Below, piece after piece: positions 8,753 to 17,567 of a DNA stretch of 64,000 bases. This stretch comes from an uncultured archaeon (GTDB taxonomy: Archaea; Altiarchaeota; Altiarchaeia; JAFGQM01), in contig CAZQBY010000003.1 in assembly GCA_964592405.1 (NCBI GenBank), positions 1 to 64,000 on the forward strand, written 5' to 3'. Within the stretch, counting starts at the first letter, position 1. The number at the start of each line of letters is the position of its first letter. Position numbers and translations under genes: made by a program. The notes below the pieces were generated by a model. It saw only the letters and a program-made list of their open reading frames with translations. It was not told the DNA's origin and searched no databases.

Positions 8753-9942
8753 TTTCCTTTCAGAGCCGCATCGACGCACTTCTCGATGGACCCTATGTGA
8801 GTCTTCATCTGGTTGTGCCCCTGTGAATAATAGCAGCCCTTGGCTGAGGTGGTCGCCACGGACCTGAACCTGCCCTTGACGGGAGCGACAACCATGCAGG
8901 TATCGGCAGCAACCTTGGCGCCCGCCTCCTCTATTATCCTCACATAGCCCAACTCCTCTGCCTTCTCTTTTATGGGGCGCGCGCAGGCGACCCACATCTC
9001 CACGCCATCAGCGATCTTCTTGCCCTTGAGGAGCATGGCTACCTGCTTTATCTCATCCAGTGATGCATGGGGGCAGCCGAGGGATACAAAGTCTATGCTT
9101 CTCTCCTCATCATTCAGGAACTCATATGCTTCATTCATCTCTGGCTCGCCTATGGTGACGGCCTCAGCCGGATCCTCAAATCTGTCTGCTTCAGGAGTAA
9201 CGCCCTTGATGTAGTAAAGCGGTTTTGCGCCATAGGTAACAACAGATGCCGAAAAGGTCTTGAGATAGTCATTGGGCGGCTTGCCCGGGCCCTCTATGAG
9301 AGGTATCTTGTTTTTCCCTCTTTTGCCTATGGCACAGCCCAGTACTCCCCAGTCCGCCAGGGTATTGAGCTCTGCCTCCACTCTGACAAGGAGATCAGGA
9401 ACCCGATTTTCATCCAGATGGAGACCATAGTTGGGGGTCTTACCGATGAATGCGGCTGCCAAGGCAGACGGCCCGCCCTCGCGATTGGTGCGCGCGCCTA
9501 TGACGCTGTTGCAGTATGTTACAGCTGAGGATTCCGCCCATGCCACGTGCTCGCCAAAATTCGGCATAATGCCAATAAGATATGGGGTGCATGTGCAGGT
9601 GGTGTTTATGCCCATGGCCGCGAAGGCGTCCACTACAAGCTTCTGCTTCTCGGCGAAGTCCTCCGATATCCCGAGCTTCTTCCAGTCCACCATGTCCATC
9701 CCGGCAGGGTTTAGGAAAGTCGGAACCCTGACGCGCCCGTCCTCGGCCAGCCTGGAGAGATAATCCAGGCCAGCATCGCCCAGATTGTGGTAGGACACCC
9801 CAGCCACCTGGACCGATTTGATTGGAATCAGCTTATCGGCGCCGAAGATGTCCCCCAGGGCCGCGAGTATCTGCATGGACTTCTGGGCCGCATAGCCCTC
9901 TTCGCCGTCCAGGATGCGCTCCTCCTGTTTGGTGAGGTGCAT
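8743..9942 (-). CDS. Aconitase X large (DUF521) subunit / phosphomevalonate dehydratase large subunit
   Basis: TCTCTPY, AWAESSAV..NSVIGARTNREGGPSAL, LGCPHAS, DTCMVV. Confidence 0.93.
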   Translation of the reverse strand: MHLTKQEERILDGEEGYAAQKSMQILAALGDIFGADKLIPIKSVQVAGVSYHNLGDAGLDYLSRLAEDGRVRVPTFLNPAGMDMVDWKKLGISEDFAEKQKLVVDAFAAMGINTTCTCTPYLIGIMPNFGEHVAWAESSAVTYCNSVIGARTNREGGPSALAAAFIGKTPNYGLHLDENRVPDLLVRVEAELNTLADWGVLGCAIGKRGKNKIPLIEGPGKPPNDYLKTFSASVVTYGAKPLYYIKGVTPEADRFEDPAEAVTIGEPEMNEAYEFLNDEERSIDFVSLGCPHASLDEIKQVAMLLKGKKIADGVEMWVACARPIKEKAEELGYVRIIEEAGAKVAADTCMVVAPVKGRFRSVATTSAKGCYYSQGHNQMKTHIGSIEKCVDAALKGKWS

Positions 9943-10007
9943 AGTAGTGGTCTAATATTAACGGAGGGAAAATAAATATGGGAACCACAGAATGGGAAAA
10001 AGCATGG

Positions 10008-10243
10008 CCTCTCTCGCGCGAGAGTGAGTCAGATAGTCAGGAAATTCTAAAGAGAATCAGAGAAGGGCCCTACTCCGAGCGGCTTGCCTCTTTTCTGCGG
10101 GGAGATAAATGAGGTAAAGCCGCCTCCTCCCCGACCTGAACACGAAGTGCCCAAAAGGCACTTGTGCGCAGCTCCACATTCTGTGGAGCTTGCGAGTCGG
10201 GTTACTGAGGCAAAAACGTAATGAGAAGGCTTGGGGAGAGAGG
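10008..10243. other. Highly structured non-coding segment (nested hairpins)
   Basis: CCTCTCTC/GAGAGAGG ends; GCGGCTT/AAGCCGC; CCCGAC/GTCGGG enclosing AAGTGCC/GGCACTT and AGCTCCACA/TGTGGAGCT. Confidence 0.55.
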
Positions 10244-10270
10244 TTCAATCCTGCAGCTCCGCCGCCCTCA
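10244..10270. repeat. 27-bp direct repeat, copy 1 (encodes the AbiEi-like C-terminus RAAELQD*)
   Basis: TTCAATCCTGCAGCTCCGCCGCCCTCA, identical to 11672-11698. Confidence 0.95.
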
Positions 10271-10841
10271 GGACGCTCGCGCGCGTCTTGGCCGGATAGG
10301 CCTTCAGATAAGAGCGCAGTTTTTTCGTGTCCAGCCGCTTTCGCAGGTTGCGGAGGGCCTCGTCAGTGAGATGCTCCCCAAAATACACCATGTCTATGAG
10401 CGTCTTTTCAACGTCGGAATATGGGAGGTGCAAATCACCACGATTATAATAATCGAAGCCGAACATGTACCTTCTGTCCAGGCGCCTGATTAGCACATTC
10501 TGCCCCATTATCTGCCTCGCGCCCTGCCTGACCCTCCTTGCGGTCAGTATGACCGGGGCGGTCTCCTGCTCCCACAGCTCGTGGAAGCTCAGGGCGTCCT
10601 GCAGGCCTAGGTAGGCCGGCTTGAAGCAGAAGACAGCCAGGGAGGGGTCGTCGCGCGCGGTGTAGCAGCCCTTCGCAAGCCTCTTTATCCTGCCGCTTTT
10701 CAGCAGGTTGTGTACCAGCTGCTTTTCGTACTGGCTTGCGTCCGTCCTGCTTCGTATGACGCGCGCTATCGACCGGGCGTCGACTACCGGACTCTTCTCG
10801 AACAGGCGCATTACTTCCCCCAGATGTTTCACTTGGCCCAT
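10245..10841 (-). CDS. AbiEi-like type IV antitoxin / transcriptional regulator
   Basis: N-terminal HTH (LLKSGRIKRLAKGCY), PAYLGLQDALSFHEL, YSDVEKTLIDMVY. Confidence 0.8.
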   Translation of the reverse strand: MGQVKHLGEVMRLFEKSPVVDARSIARVIRSRTDASQYEKQLVHNLLKSGRIKRLAKGCYTARDDPSLAVFCFKPAYLGLQDALSFHELWEQETAPVILTARRVRQGARQIMGQNVLIRRLDRRYMFGFDYYNRGDLHLPYSDVEKTLIDMVYFGEHLTDEALRNLRKRLDTKKLRSYLKAYPAKTRASVLRAAELQD

Positions 10842-11473
10842 CTTCTTATATATTCAAGCATCTTTTCAACATCCGGCACAAGCCCCTCTATTATCAAAAC
10901 CCTCAGCTCCTTCTCGTCCACGGGGTTCTTGAACTGCCCCAGCAGCCGCTCCAGCGGTTCCGAGACCTCCCCTGGCTCTTTGACCTGCTTCAGCAGGAAG
11001 AAGATGTCGTATAAGTCCCTAATCTTGCGCCTTTTGAGATATGCGCTCACCTTCTCTCCTATCAGCTGCTCTGGGGTGAGGGTGTAGACCGGGAGATAGT
11101 TCCCGTCTGCGGTCTCGTAGTGGCCCAGCACGCCGCCGACACTTTTGAACAGCGCCTCGAACCTTACGATTGCGCCGCCGCTCCCAATGCGCGAATAGAG
11201 GCTGCTGTCGCCCATCTTCTTTTTCTTCAAGACGAGGCCGCTTTTCTTCAGACCTTGAAAGAATTTCTCCAACGCCTTCTTGTCTTTTGGCATGTAGACG
11301 TCTATGTCCTCGGAGAAGCGGTTGCCTCCGTAGCATCTCCAAATCGCCGTGCCTCCATGGATTACCGCATCCCTGGAGGCCCTGTACAGCTCCCCGACTA
11401 TCAAATCCTGCGCTGCCGCTATGTCCCTGTGCCTCTTCCTTCTCAGCCTCAGGGCCAGCGGTATGCGGCTCAT
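10829..11473 (-). CDS. AbiEii/AbiGii-family nucleotidyltransferase toxin
   Basis: HGGTAIWRCYGGNRFSEDID and EKVSAY..RRKIRDLYDI motifs. Confidence 0.92.
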   Translation of the reverse strand: MSRIPLALRLRRKRHRDIAAAQDLIVGELYRASRDAVIHGGTAIWRCYGGNRFSEDIDVYMPKDKKALEKFFQGLKKSGLVLKKKKMGDSSLYSRIGSGGAIVRFEALFKSVGGVLGHYETADGNYLPVYTLTPEQLIGEKVSAYLKRRKIRDLYDIFFLLKQVKEPGEVSEPLERLLGQFKNPVDEKELRVLIIEGLVPDVEKMLEYIRRWAK

Positions 11474-11480
11474 TTTGGAT

Positions 11481-11516
11481 TAAACTAAAGTTATACATAT
11501 ATATAACCTTGGTTTA
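11481..11516. promoter_or_regulatory. 15-6-15 imperfect inverted repeat upstream of the AbiE operon (probable autorepression operator)
   Basis: TAAACTAAAGTTATA-CATATA-TATAACCTTGGTTTA, 2 mismatches; AbiEi proteins are known to bind promoter inverted repeats. Confidence 0.6.
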
Positions 11517-11671
11517 TTTAAAGTGTGAACCTATAAAAAGCTTTTGCTGGTCCCGGCAGGGCTGCTCTTCGCCCGAAACGGCTTAGGCTGGCACGCCACA
11601 TGCATCGCTTGACATAGTCACCGAAGTTCTTGGGACTTCTAAGGGTCCGTCCCCCTTCCTTTTTGGCGAAT

Positions 11672-11698
11672 TTCAATCCTGCAGCTCCGCCGCCCTCA
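11672..11698. repeat. 27-bp direct repeat, copy 2 (encodes the UbiD C-terminus RAAELQD*)
   Basis: Identical to 10244-10270. Confidence 0.95.
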
Positions 11699-12956
11699 AA
11701 AACTCCTCCTTCTTGCCGCCCCACGGGATGGTGGCATCCAGGCCCCACTTTGTGGTCAGCCTGCGGTCCGAGTTTGGATCCTCCTCAGCTGACGGGTCCA
11801 GGGATGAACCCTTCTGCTTTTCCAGAAGAATTAGATCCCGGTGTGCCTGGAATCGCGTAGCAAGCGCCCATTCAACGTCATTTGGGTCGAAGATGTCTAT
11901 GTCCTCGTCCACAACCACAACACGCTTCATGGACTTGTGGCCGCTGAACGCGGCTTCGATGGCTTTCTTCCCGTCCTCCGGTCCCTTTTTCCTGATTTGG
12001 ATAACCGAGTGCAGCCAGGAGCACCCTCCCGGAGTCAGGTTAACATTCCTGCAGTCCACGACCCCGCTGACTGCCCTGTAAATCGTCGGCTCCTTTGGCA
12101 TCCCCATGAGCAGGCGGTGCTCCGTCTTGCCCGGAACGAGAGCCTGGTATATGGGATTTTCACGGTGGGTTATGCGCTTGATTGTCACCACCGGCTGGTC
12201 GCGGATGGTGTCATAGGTTCCCGTCATGTCCACGAATTTGCCCTCCTTGGCCGTCTCCTCGAAGCTTATGGTTCCCTCCAGGACAATCTCGCAGTCCGCC
12301 GGGACGTTGATGTCCACGGTCTTGCACTTGACAAGCCTCATGGGCTTTCCCTCCAGCGCGCCGGCAATCTTCACCTCATCCACGCCCTTCAGGGAGGTGG
12401 CACCGGCGATGAGCATGGACGGGACGTTGCCCAAACAGATGGCCACCTCGCTGGTGCCGCCCTTCGCCTCCATGCACCTGTACGTGTCGCGCTCGCATAT
12501 GCGAGCAACCAGCTTGTTTTTCCCTATCCTCTTCGCGCGGTGGTAGGCGACGTTCTGGCGGCCGTCCGGGGTCTTGACGAAGAACAGGCCCGCGGTTATG
12601 TAATGGCCGTCATCCTTTGGGTAATGCTTGAGGATGGGCATCTCCCCCAAGTCCACGTCCTTCTCGACGACCTCCTGGCAGGCGCCCTGCTTGACTATCT
12701 CGGGTTCAATGGGGCTGTCCAGAGCCTTGGCGATGCGGAACAGGAGCTCCTCTTTTTTTGTCTTCATGTAGCGCGCGACCAGCTCGCGGGTCATGCACAC
12801 ACCCGAGGCAAGCCTGTATTTCCCCAGACCCTCAAAGAGTATTGGCTTTTGGGATCTGAATATTATGTCCGCAATTTGTACATCGGGGTCTGCCGGACCG
12901 TGCTTCAGCAGATCTCCTGAGTTCTCCAGTTCCTCCAAAAAGCCCCGCAGATCCAC
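11673..12956 (-). CDS. ubiD: UbiD-family prFMN-dependent decarboxylase (probable anhydromevalonate phosphate decarboxylase)
   Basis: DLRGFLEEL start (GTG 12956), EIVLEG...EGKFVDMTGTYD, VVVVDEDIDIFD...VEWALATRFQ, GSSLDPS. Confidence 0.92.
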   Translation of the reverse strand: MDLRGFLEELENSGDLLKHGPADPDVQIADIIFRSQKPILFEGLGKYRLASGVCMTRELVARYMKTKKEELLFRIAKALDSPIEPEIVKQGACQEVVEKDVDLGEMPILKHYPKDDGHYITAGLFFVKTPDGRQNVAYHRAKRIGKNKLVARICERDTYRCMEAKGGTSEVAICLGNVPSMLIAGATSLKGVDEVKIAGALEGKPMRLVKCKTVDINVPADCEIVLEGTISFEETAKEGKFVDMTGTYDTIRDQPVVTIKRITHRENPIYQALVPGKTEHRLLMGMPKEPTIYRAVSGVVDCRNVNLTPGGCSWLHSVIQIRKKGPEDGKKAIEAAFSGHKSMKRVVVVDEDIDIFDPNDVEWALATRFQAHRDLILLEKQKGSSLDPSAEEDPNSDRRLTTKWGLDATIPWGGKKEEFLRAAELQD

Positions 12957-12989
12957 GTTTATTTTAAGGAAGGGACTAAATAAAAACAT

Positions 12990-14174
12990 ATGGATGTGCG
13001 GGGAGACTTTCCAATCCTTGACAGGTTGGTGAATGGCAGAAAGCTGGTGTATTTTGACAATGCGGCAACCACGCAGAAACCCGTTCAGGTAATTGAGGCA
13101 GTCAAAGAGTTTTATGAAAAACACAACGCCAATCCGGGCAGGGGCGTGCACACACTCGCAGTAGAGGTCACAGAAATGTATGAGAATGCCCGCAGGAAGA
13201 TCGCCAGGTTCATAAATGCCAAGCCGGAGGAGATTGTTTTTACACACAACGCCACCCAGAGTCTGAACATGGCTGCAGGATACTGCTGCCGCGATTTGGG
13301 GAAGTTTGACAGGGTTGTAGCAACGATTATGGAGCATCACAGCAACTACACACCACTGGCCATGGCAGCCAAGAGAACAGGGGCAGAGCTTGCGGTAGTG
13401 GATATGGATGATGATGGCAGGCTGGACTTGAGAGATTATGAGAAAAAGGTGAACATAAACACAAAGGCTATTGCAGCTACGCATGTCTCCAACGTCCTAG
13501 GAACGGTAAATCCTGTTAGCGAAATGGCAAGGATTGCTCATGATAGCGGGGCACTTTTCATATTGGATGGCGCGCAGAGCGTGCCTCACATGAAAACTGA
13601 TGTCAAGAAGCTGGAATGCGACTTTCTGGCTTTCTCCGGCCACAAGATGCTAGGACCTATGGGGGCTGGTGTGCTTTATGGAAGGTATGACCTGCTTGAG
13701 GATATGAAGCCACTGTTCACTGGAGGCGGTATGATTTCGAGGGTTTATCCGGGCGATATAGAATTCCTGGACCCCCCACAGCGTTTTGAAGCAGGAACCC
13801 AAAATGTAGCCGGAGTCGTTGGTCTTGGGGCAGCCATAGATTATCTGGAAAAAATTGGCATGAAGAGGGTCAGAAAGCATGAGGAAGAACTGACAACATA
13901 CACACTTGATAATATTGCAGACGTCGAGATGTATGGATCGCATAAGCGCATAGGCATAATCTCCTTCAACATCCGCAACATGGATCCGCATGATCTCGCT
14001 ATGATAATGGATGAAAACGGGGTAGCCATACGGAGTGGCCACCACTGCGCACAGCCACTTATGCACCGACTGAGGATAGACGGGTGCGCGCGCATGTCTT
14101 TTTACATCTACAATACGATTGATGAGGTGGATTACGCGTTGGGAGTAATTAAAAAGGCAAGGTCACTTACCTAG
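12990..14174 (+). CDS. sufS: SufS-type cysteine desulfurase
   Basis: YFDNAATTQKP, EHHSN, FSGHKMLGP, RSGHHCAQP. Confidence 0.95.
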   Translation: MDVRGDFPILDRLVNGRKLVYFDNAATTQKPVQVIEAVKEFYEKHNANPGRGVHTLAVEVTEMYENARRKIARFINAKPEEIVFTHNATQSLNMAAGYCCRDLGKFDRVVATIMEHHSNYTPLAMAAKRTGAELAVVDMDDDGRLDLRDYEKKVNINTKAIAATHVSNVLGTVNPVSEMARIAHDSGALFILDGAQSVPHMKTDVKKLECDFLAFSGHKMLGPMGAGVLYGRYDLLEDMKPLFTGGGMISRVYPGDIEFLDPPQRFEAGTQNVAGVVGLGAAIDYLEKIGMKRVRKHEEELTTYTLDNIADVEMYGSHKRIGIISFNIRNMDPHDLAMIMDENGVAIRSGHHCAQPLMHRLRIDGCARMSFYIYNTIDEVDYALGVIKKARSLT

Positions 14175-15074
14175 ACGCTTGTTTATCTCATCCATTACCA
14201 TAACCCCGTGGTTTATGGCCGGCTTGATAAGTGGCTGTCTGGTGAGGTCACCTGCTATGAACAGACCGGGGATATTGGTTTCAAGGGTGTCCTGATTGTA
14301 TTTTGGCTTGTTGTTCTCCAGCTCCAAGCCTATTTTCTTCAGAAAATCTGTGGCGGGTATGGTCCCGGCGAAGACCGCGATTATGTCCGCGTCCAGCTCC
14401 TTGGTCTCGCCGGAGACATCCAGGACCGCCTTGCCATCTCTTATGGACTTGACGTTGGAGTTGAAGATGACCGGGATGCCGCTCTCCTCTATATCCCTCT
14501 TGTTGTCGTCTATCAAACGGAAGAACTCCCCCCGTCTGTATGAGATGGTCACGTCGGCGCCCGCCTTCTGCAGCAAAAGGGCGTGCTCGATAGCGGTGTC
14601 GCCGCCCCCGACGACTATTACCTTGTAGCCCTTGTAGTCCTCTGGCTCGTGCATCTCATAAACAATCTTGTTCTCATCGTCGCACTCTATTGGAATCTTC
14701 CTGGGGGAGCCCTGAACCCCAATGGCCAGGAGGACGAAGCGGGCCTCGTACTCGCCCCTGGTGGTAGTCACCTTGAAGGTATCGCCCTCTTTTTTTATAT
14801 CGGTTACCTCCTCATGCTCCCTGATGTTGAGTTCTTTGGCGAAGTCCTGCCAAGCCTTTATGGTGTCTTCAGTGTTGCCCTCTGGCAAGGGCAGCTTCCC
14901 GATGACCTCCACGTTGACGGGGTAGTAGTGTATCTCCTTCCCGTGGGGATAGGTCAGCAGCGTGTTGGCCACCTTGGCCTTCTCAAAGCACACGTAATCC
15001 AGCCCGAGCTCCTTCGCGTGGTAGGAGGCTGACAAACCGGCTGGTCCGGCACCCACTACTATGACGTCAAACAT
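14163..15074 (-). CDS. Thioredoxin-reductase-like FAD/NAD(P)H oxidoreductase lacking CxxC (YpdA/FNR-like)
   Basis: VIVVGAGPAG, VVGGGDTA, ETNIPGLFIAGD; no redox CxxC. Confidence 0.8.
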   Translation of the reverse strand: MFDVIVVGAGPAGLSASYHAKELGLDYVCFEKAKVANTLLTYPHGKEIHYYPVNVEVIGKLPLPEGNTEDTIKAWQDFAKELNIREHEEVTDIKKEGDTFKVTTTRGEYEARFVLLAIGVQGSPRKIPIECDDENKIVYEMHEPEDYKGYKVIVVGGGDTAIEHALLLQKAGADVTISYRRGEFFRLIDDNKRDIEESGIPVIFNSNVKSIRDGKAVLDVSGETKELDADIIAVFAGTIPATDFLKKIGLELENNKPKYNQDTLETNIPGLFIAGDLTRQPLIKPAINHGVMVMDEINKRLGK

Positions 15075-15141
15075 TTTTGGTAATTTGAGATTAACCTTAG
15101 AAAAACCTATGCTTTTAATGTGACTATCATTAAATAAACCT

Positions 15142-16605
15142 ATGAAAAAGGACGACAAGGATCTGTTCAATATCCCAAAGGAGGGCAACTTCTCGAAGTG
15201 GTACATAGAGCTGGTGAGGCGGGCAAAGCTCGTGGACCAGCGCTCTCCGGTCAAGGGCTTTGACATCATCATGCCAAATGCCTATGCTATCTGGGAAAGC
15301 ATACAGGAATTCCTAAACCATGAGTTCAGAAATGTTGGTATACGCAATGCCTATTTTCCTCTTCTTATACCGGAAAGCCTTCTCCAGAAAGAAGCCGAAC
15401 ACTTTGAGGGGTTTGTCCCGGAGGTGGCGTGGGTGACGCATGGAGGGAATGAGAAGCTGGATAACAGGCTAGCCATAAGACCAACCAGTGAAGCAATAAT
15501 CAATTACATGTTTTCTCTCTGGATACGCAGCTATCAGGATCTGCCGTTGCTGGTCAACCAGTGGTGCAATATTGTCCGCTGGGAGACAAAGATGACCAAA
15601 CCCTTTTTGAGGGGAAGGGAATTCTTGTGGCAGGAAGGACATACTGCCTTTGCAACACCAGAAGGAGCGGCCAAGAATGTGAGGGATATCCTCAACATAT
15701 ACCGCAGACTCATTGAGGAGCGCCTTAGGATTGCATGCTTCTTTGTCAAGCGCCCTGAATGGGACAAGTTCGCCGGAGCTGATGAAACAATATCCATTGA
15801 AACCCTCATGCCGGACGGACGGGTGCTGCAGGCCGGGACTGTGCACAACCTTGGCCAGAATTTCTCCAAGCCGATGGACATAGTTTTTCTGGACAAGAAG
15901 AACGAGAAGAAGAATGTATATCAGACTTCCTGGGGCGTGAGTACCCGGCTGATTGGAGCAGTGGTGATGTCCCACGGCGACAACAAGGGCTTGGTCCTGC
16001 CATTCGGGCTGGCGCCGACGCAAGTGGCCATCATACCCATAATATTCAAGGGGGAAGAGAAATCGGTCCTCAACAAGTGCGAGAAAGTCAGGCTCAAACT
16101 AGAGAATGCCGGGTTCACAGTCAAGATAGATTTGTCTGACAAGCGGCCTGGTGAAAAGCACTACTACTGGGAGCTCATGGGCGCGCCTCTGAGAATCGAG
16201 ATAGGGCCGAGGGATGTGAAGGCCAGGAAGCTGGTCCTGGTCTCGCGGCTGGGGGGCAAGAAGTCTGTCATCGCGGAGGGTGATGTCGTCAAGGAGGTTG
16301 AGATCGCCGCCAAAAAGCTGGACGACTCCCTTGCGCGCGCGAGCGCGAAGCATCTGAGGGAGAACATCAAGGAGGCGAAAGCGCTTAGCGAAGTCGATAA
16401 GATCATCAAGTCCGGGGGCATCGCAAAGGCCCCGTTCTGCTCCGTAAAGGCTAATGGAAAGGCCTGTGATGATGAGTTAAAAAGCAGGGTAGGGGCTGAA
16501 GTCAGGGGAACGCTCTATCCAAAGCCGGAAAAGGCTGATGGAGAAAAGTGCGTGGTCTGTGGGAAGGCCGCAAAGGAGATAGTTTATATTGCCAAGGCTT
16601 ATTGA
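15142..16605 (+). CDS. proS: Proline--tRNA ligase (archaeal/eukaryotic type)
   Basis: KEAEHFEGFVPEVAWVT, RPTSE, PFLRGREFLWQEGHT, QTSWGVSTR, C-terminal AKAY. Confidence 0.97.
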   Translation: MKKDDKDLFNIPKEGNFSKWYIELVRRAKLVDQRSPVKGFDIIMPNAYAIWESIQEFLNHEFRNVGIRNAYFPLLIPESLLQKEAEHFEGFVPEVAWVTHGGNEKLDNRLAIRPTSEAIINYMFSLWIRSYQDLPLLVNQWCNIVRWETKMTKPFLRGREFLWQEGHTAFATPEGAAKNVRDILNIYRRLIEERLRIACFFVKRPEWDKFAGADETISIETLMPDGRVLQAGTVHNLGQNFSKPMDIVFLDKKNEKKNVYQTSWGVSTRLIGAVVMSHGDNKGLVLPFGLAPTQVAIIPIIFKGEEKSVLNKCEKVRLKLENAGFTVKIDLSDKRPGEKHYYWELMGAPLRIEIGPRDVKARKLVLVSRLGGKKSVIAEGDVVKEVEIAAKKLDDSLARASAKHLRENIKEAKALSEVDKIIKSGGIAKAPFCSVKANGKACDDELKSRVGAEVRGTLYPKPEKADGEKCVVCGKAAKEIVYIAKAY

Positions 16606-16636
16606 CCTCTCATTATTAATCTCCTGTTAATCCCAG

Positions 16637-17566
16637 TCAGCCCCTCTTTTTTACAAACCTCGACAAGGGTCTTAGGTGTCCAAGGTCCAGTGACCGGAAG
16701 CGAAAGCTGCGCTCGAAGCCGGGTGGTATGAGGTCGGTTTGTGTTCCGGGGAAGCGGGAGGGGATGTCCGCATAGTAGCGTTTTATCATCCTTGGTGGGA
16801 AACCCAGTTTAACAAGGTTGGGGTGATGCTCGGCCGCTCTGGCCCTTTCATATATCTCTCCCTCAGTGATGGAATCCCAGTTCTTTACTATGTGCATGGC
16901 GTCAGTACTGCCCTCATGTGCAGCCTGTATCATCCTCCGCCTGACCGCCTCGCGCTTGAATCCCTTCCTTGCGCGTGCATATTCCTCCCCCGGGACCAAA
17001 ACCCTCTGAGCGCCTCTCCTCCTCAGCGAGTCTGCAATCAGAGCCAGACCGAGGATCGGCGCACCATAACCATAAATTCTGCGGAAACGAGCGGGGATTT
17101 TGCGCTCCAGCTCAGACCCTGCCATGCCATAAAAGTTGATGAGGTAATCCGCATTGGACAGCCGGTCCATGCCGGCAGACATTATCAGGCTTGAAAAGGT
17201 TGGGAGCCCCTCCGGAAAGAACCTCACCTGTGCGGCTAGGTCGCCCCAAGCAGGCAGCCTATTGGTAACATGGATCTCCGCAGGCATAAAACGAATCCCC
17301 CTTATGCCCATATCCGCAAGTCCCCTGGCTGCACGCATCTCCTGTAACTGCTGCTTAATGTGTGCGCCGGTTGGTGATTCAGGCAGGCGCGCCCTTATGA
17401 GCGGATGGAGACCCTGTATCTGCGCAGGCGTCAGACGCCTGCCGATGTGCGCAAGAGTGTGAAGGCCCTTCTCCAGCTTCTGCAGTCTTCTTACATCGGC
17501 TCCGACAGCAGAGAGTATGGCAGGGGGTTCAAAGGCATGGGTCTCATGATGGTGGTTTTTGGCCAT
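16637..17566 (-). CDS. Hypothetical basic protein, paralog of the adjacent gene; possible GNAT-like core
   Basis: Shares AFxPP, IRGxRFxPAExH, RRxYGYGAPxLGLAL and RYYxxIPSR blocks with 17568-18515. Confidence 0.75.
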   Translation of the reverse strand: MAKNHHHETHAFEPPAILSAVGADVRRLQKLEKGLHTLAHIGRRLTPAQIQGLHPLIRARLPESPTGAHIKQQLQEMRAARGLADMGIRGIRFMPAEIHVTNRLPAWGDLAAQVRFFPEGLPTFSSLIMSAGMDRLSNADYLINFYGMAGSELERKIPARFRRIYGYGAPILGLALIADSLRRRGAQRVLVPGEEYARARKGFKREAVRRRMIQAAHEGSTDAMHIVKNWDSITEGEIYERARAAEHHPNLVKLGFPPRMIKRYYADIPSRFPGTQTDLIPPGFERSFRFRSLDLGHLRPLSRFVKKRG

Positions 17567-17567
17567 T

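Larger units (their letters stand above)
10244..11698 (-). mobile_element. Integrase-less ~1.43-kb AbiE toxin-antitoxin cassette inserted at the ubiD 3' end
   Basis: Perfect 27-bp flanking direct repeats; interrupts an otherwise collinear ubiD-acnX gene run. Confidence 0.65.

Noticed and set aside
11607-11618. 12-mer GCTTGACATAGT shared with 26697-26708
   Set aside because: The second copy lies inside the ATPase relic and the flanks do not align; probably chance.
12957-13484. 176-aa N-terminal extension of UbiD in the ORF track
   Set aside because: It overlaps sufS on the opposite strand; UbiD similarity starts at GTG 12956. Similar over-extensions were trimmed for several other ORFs.
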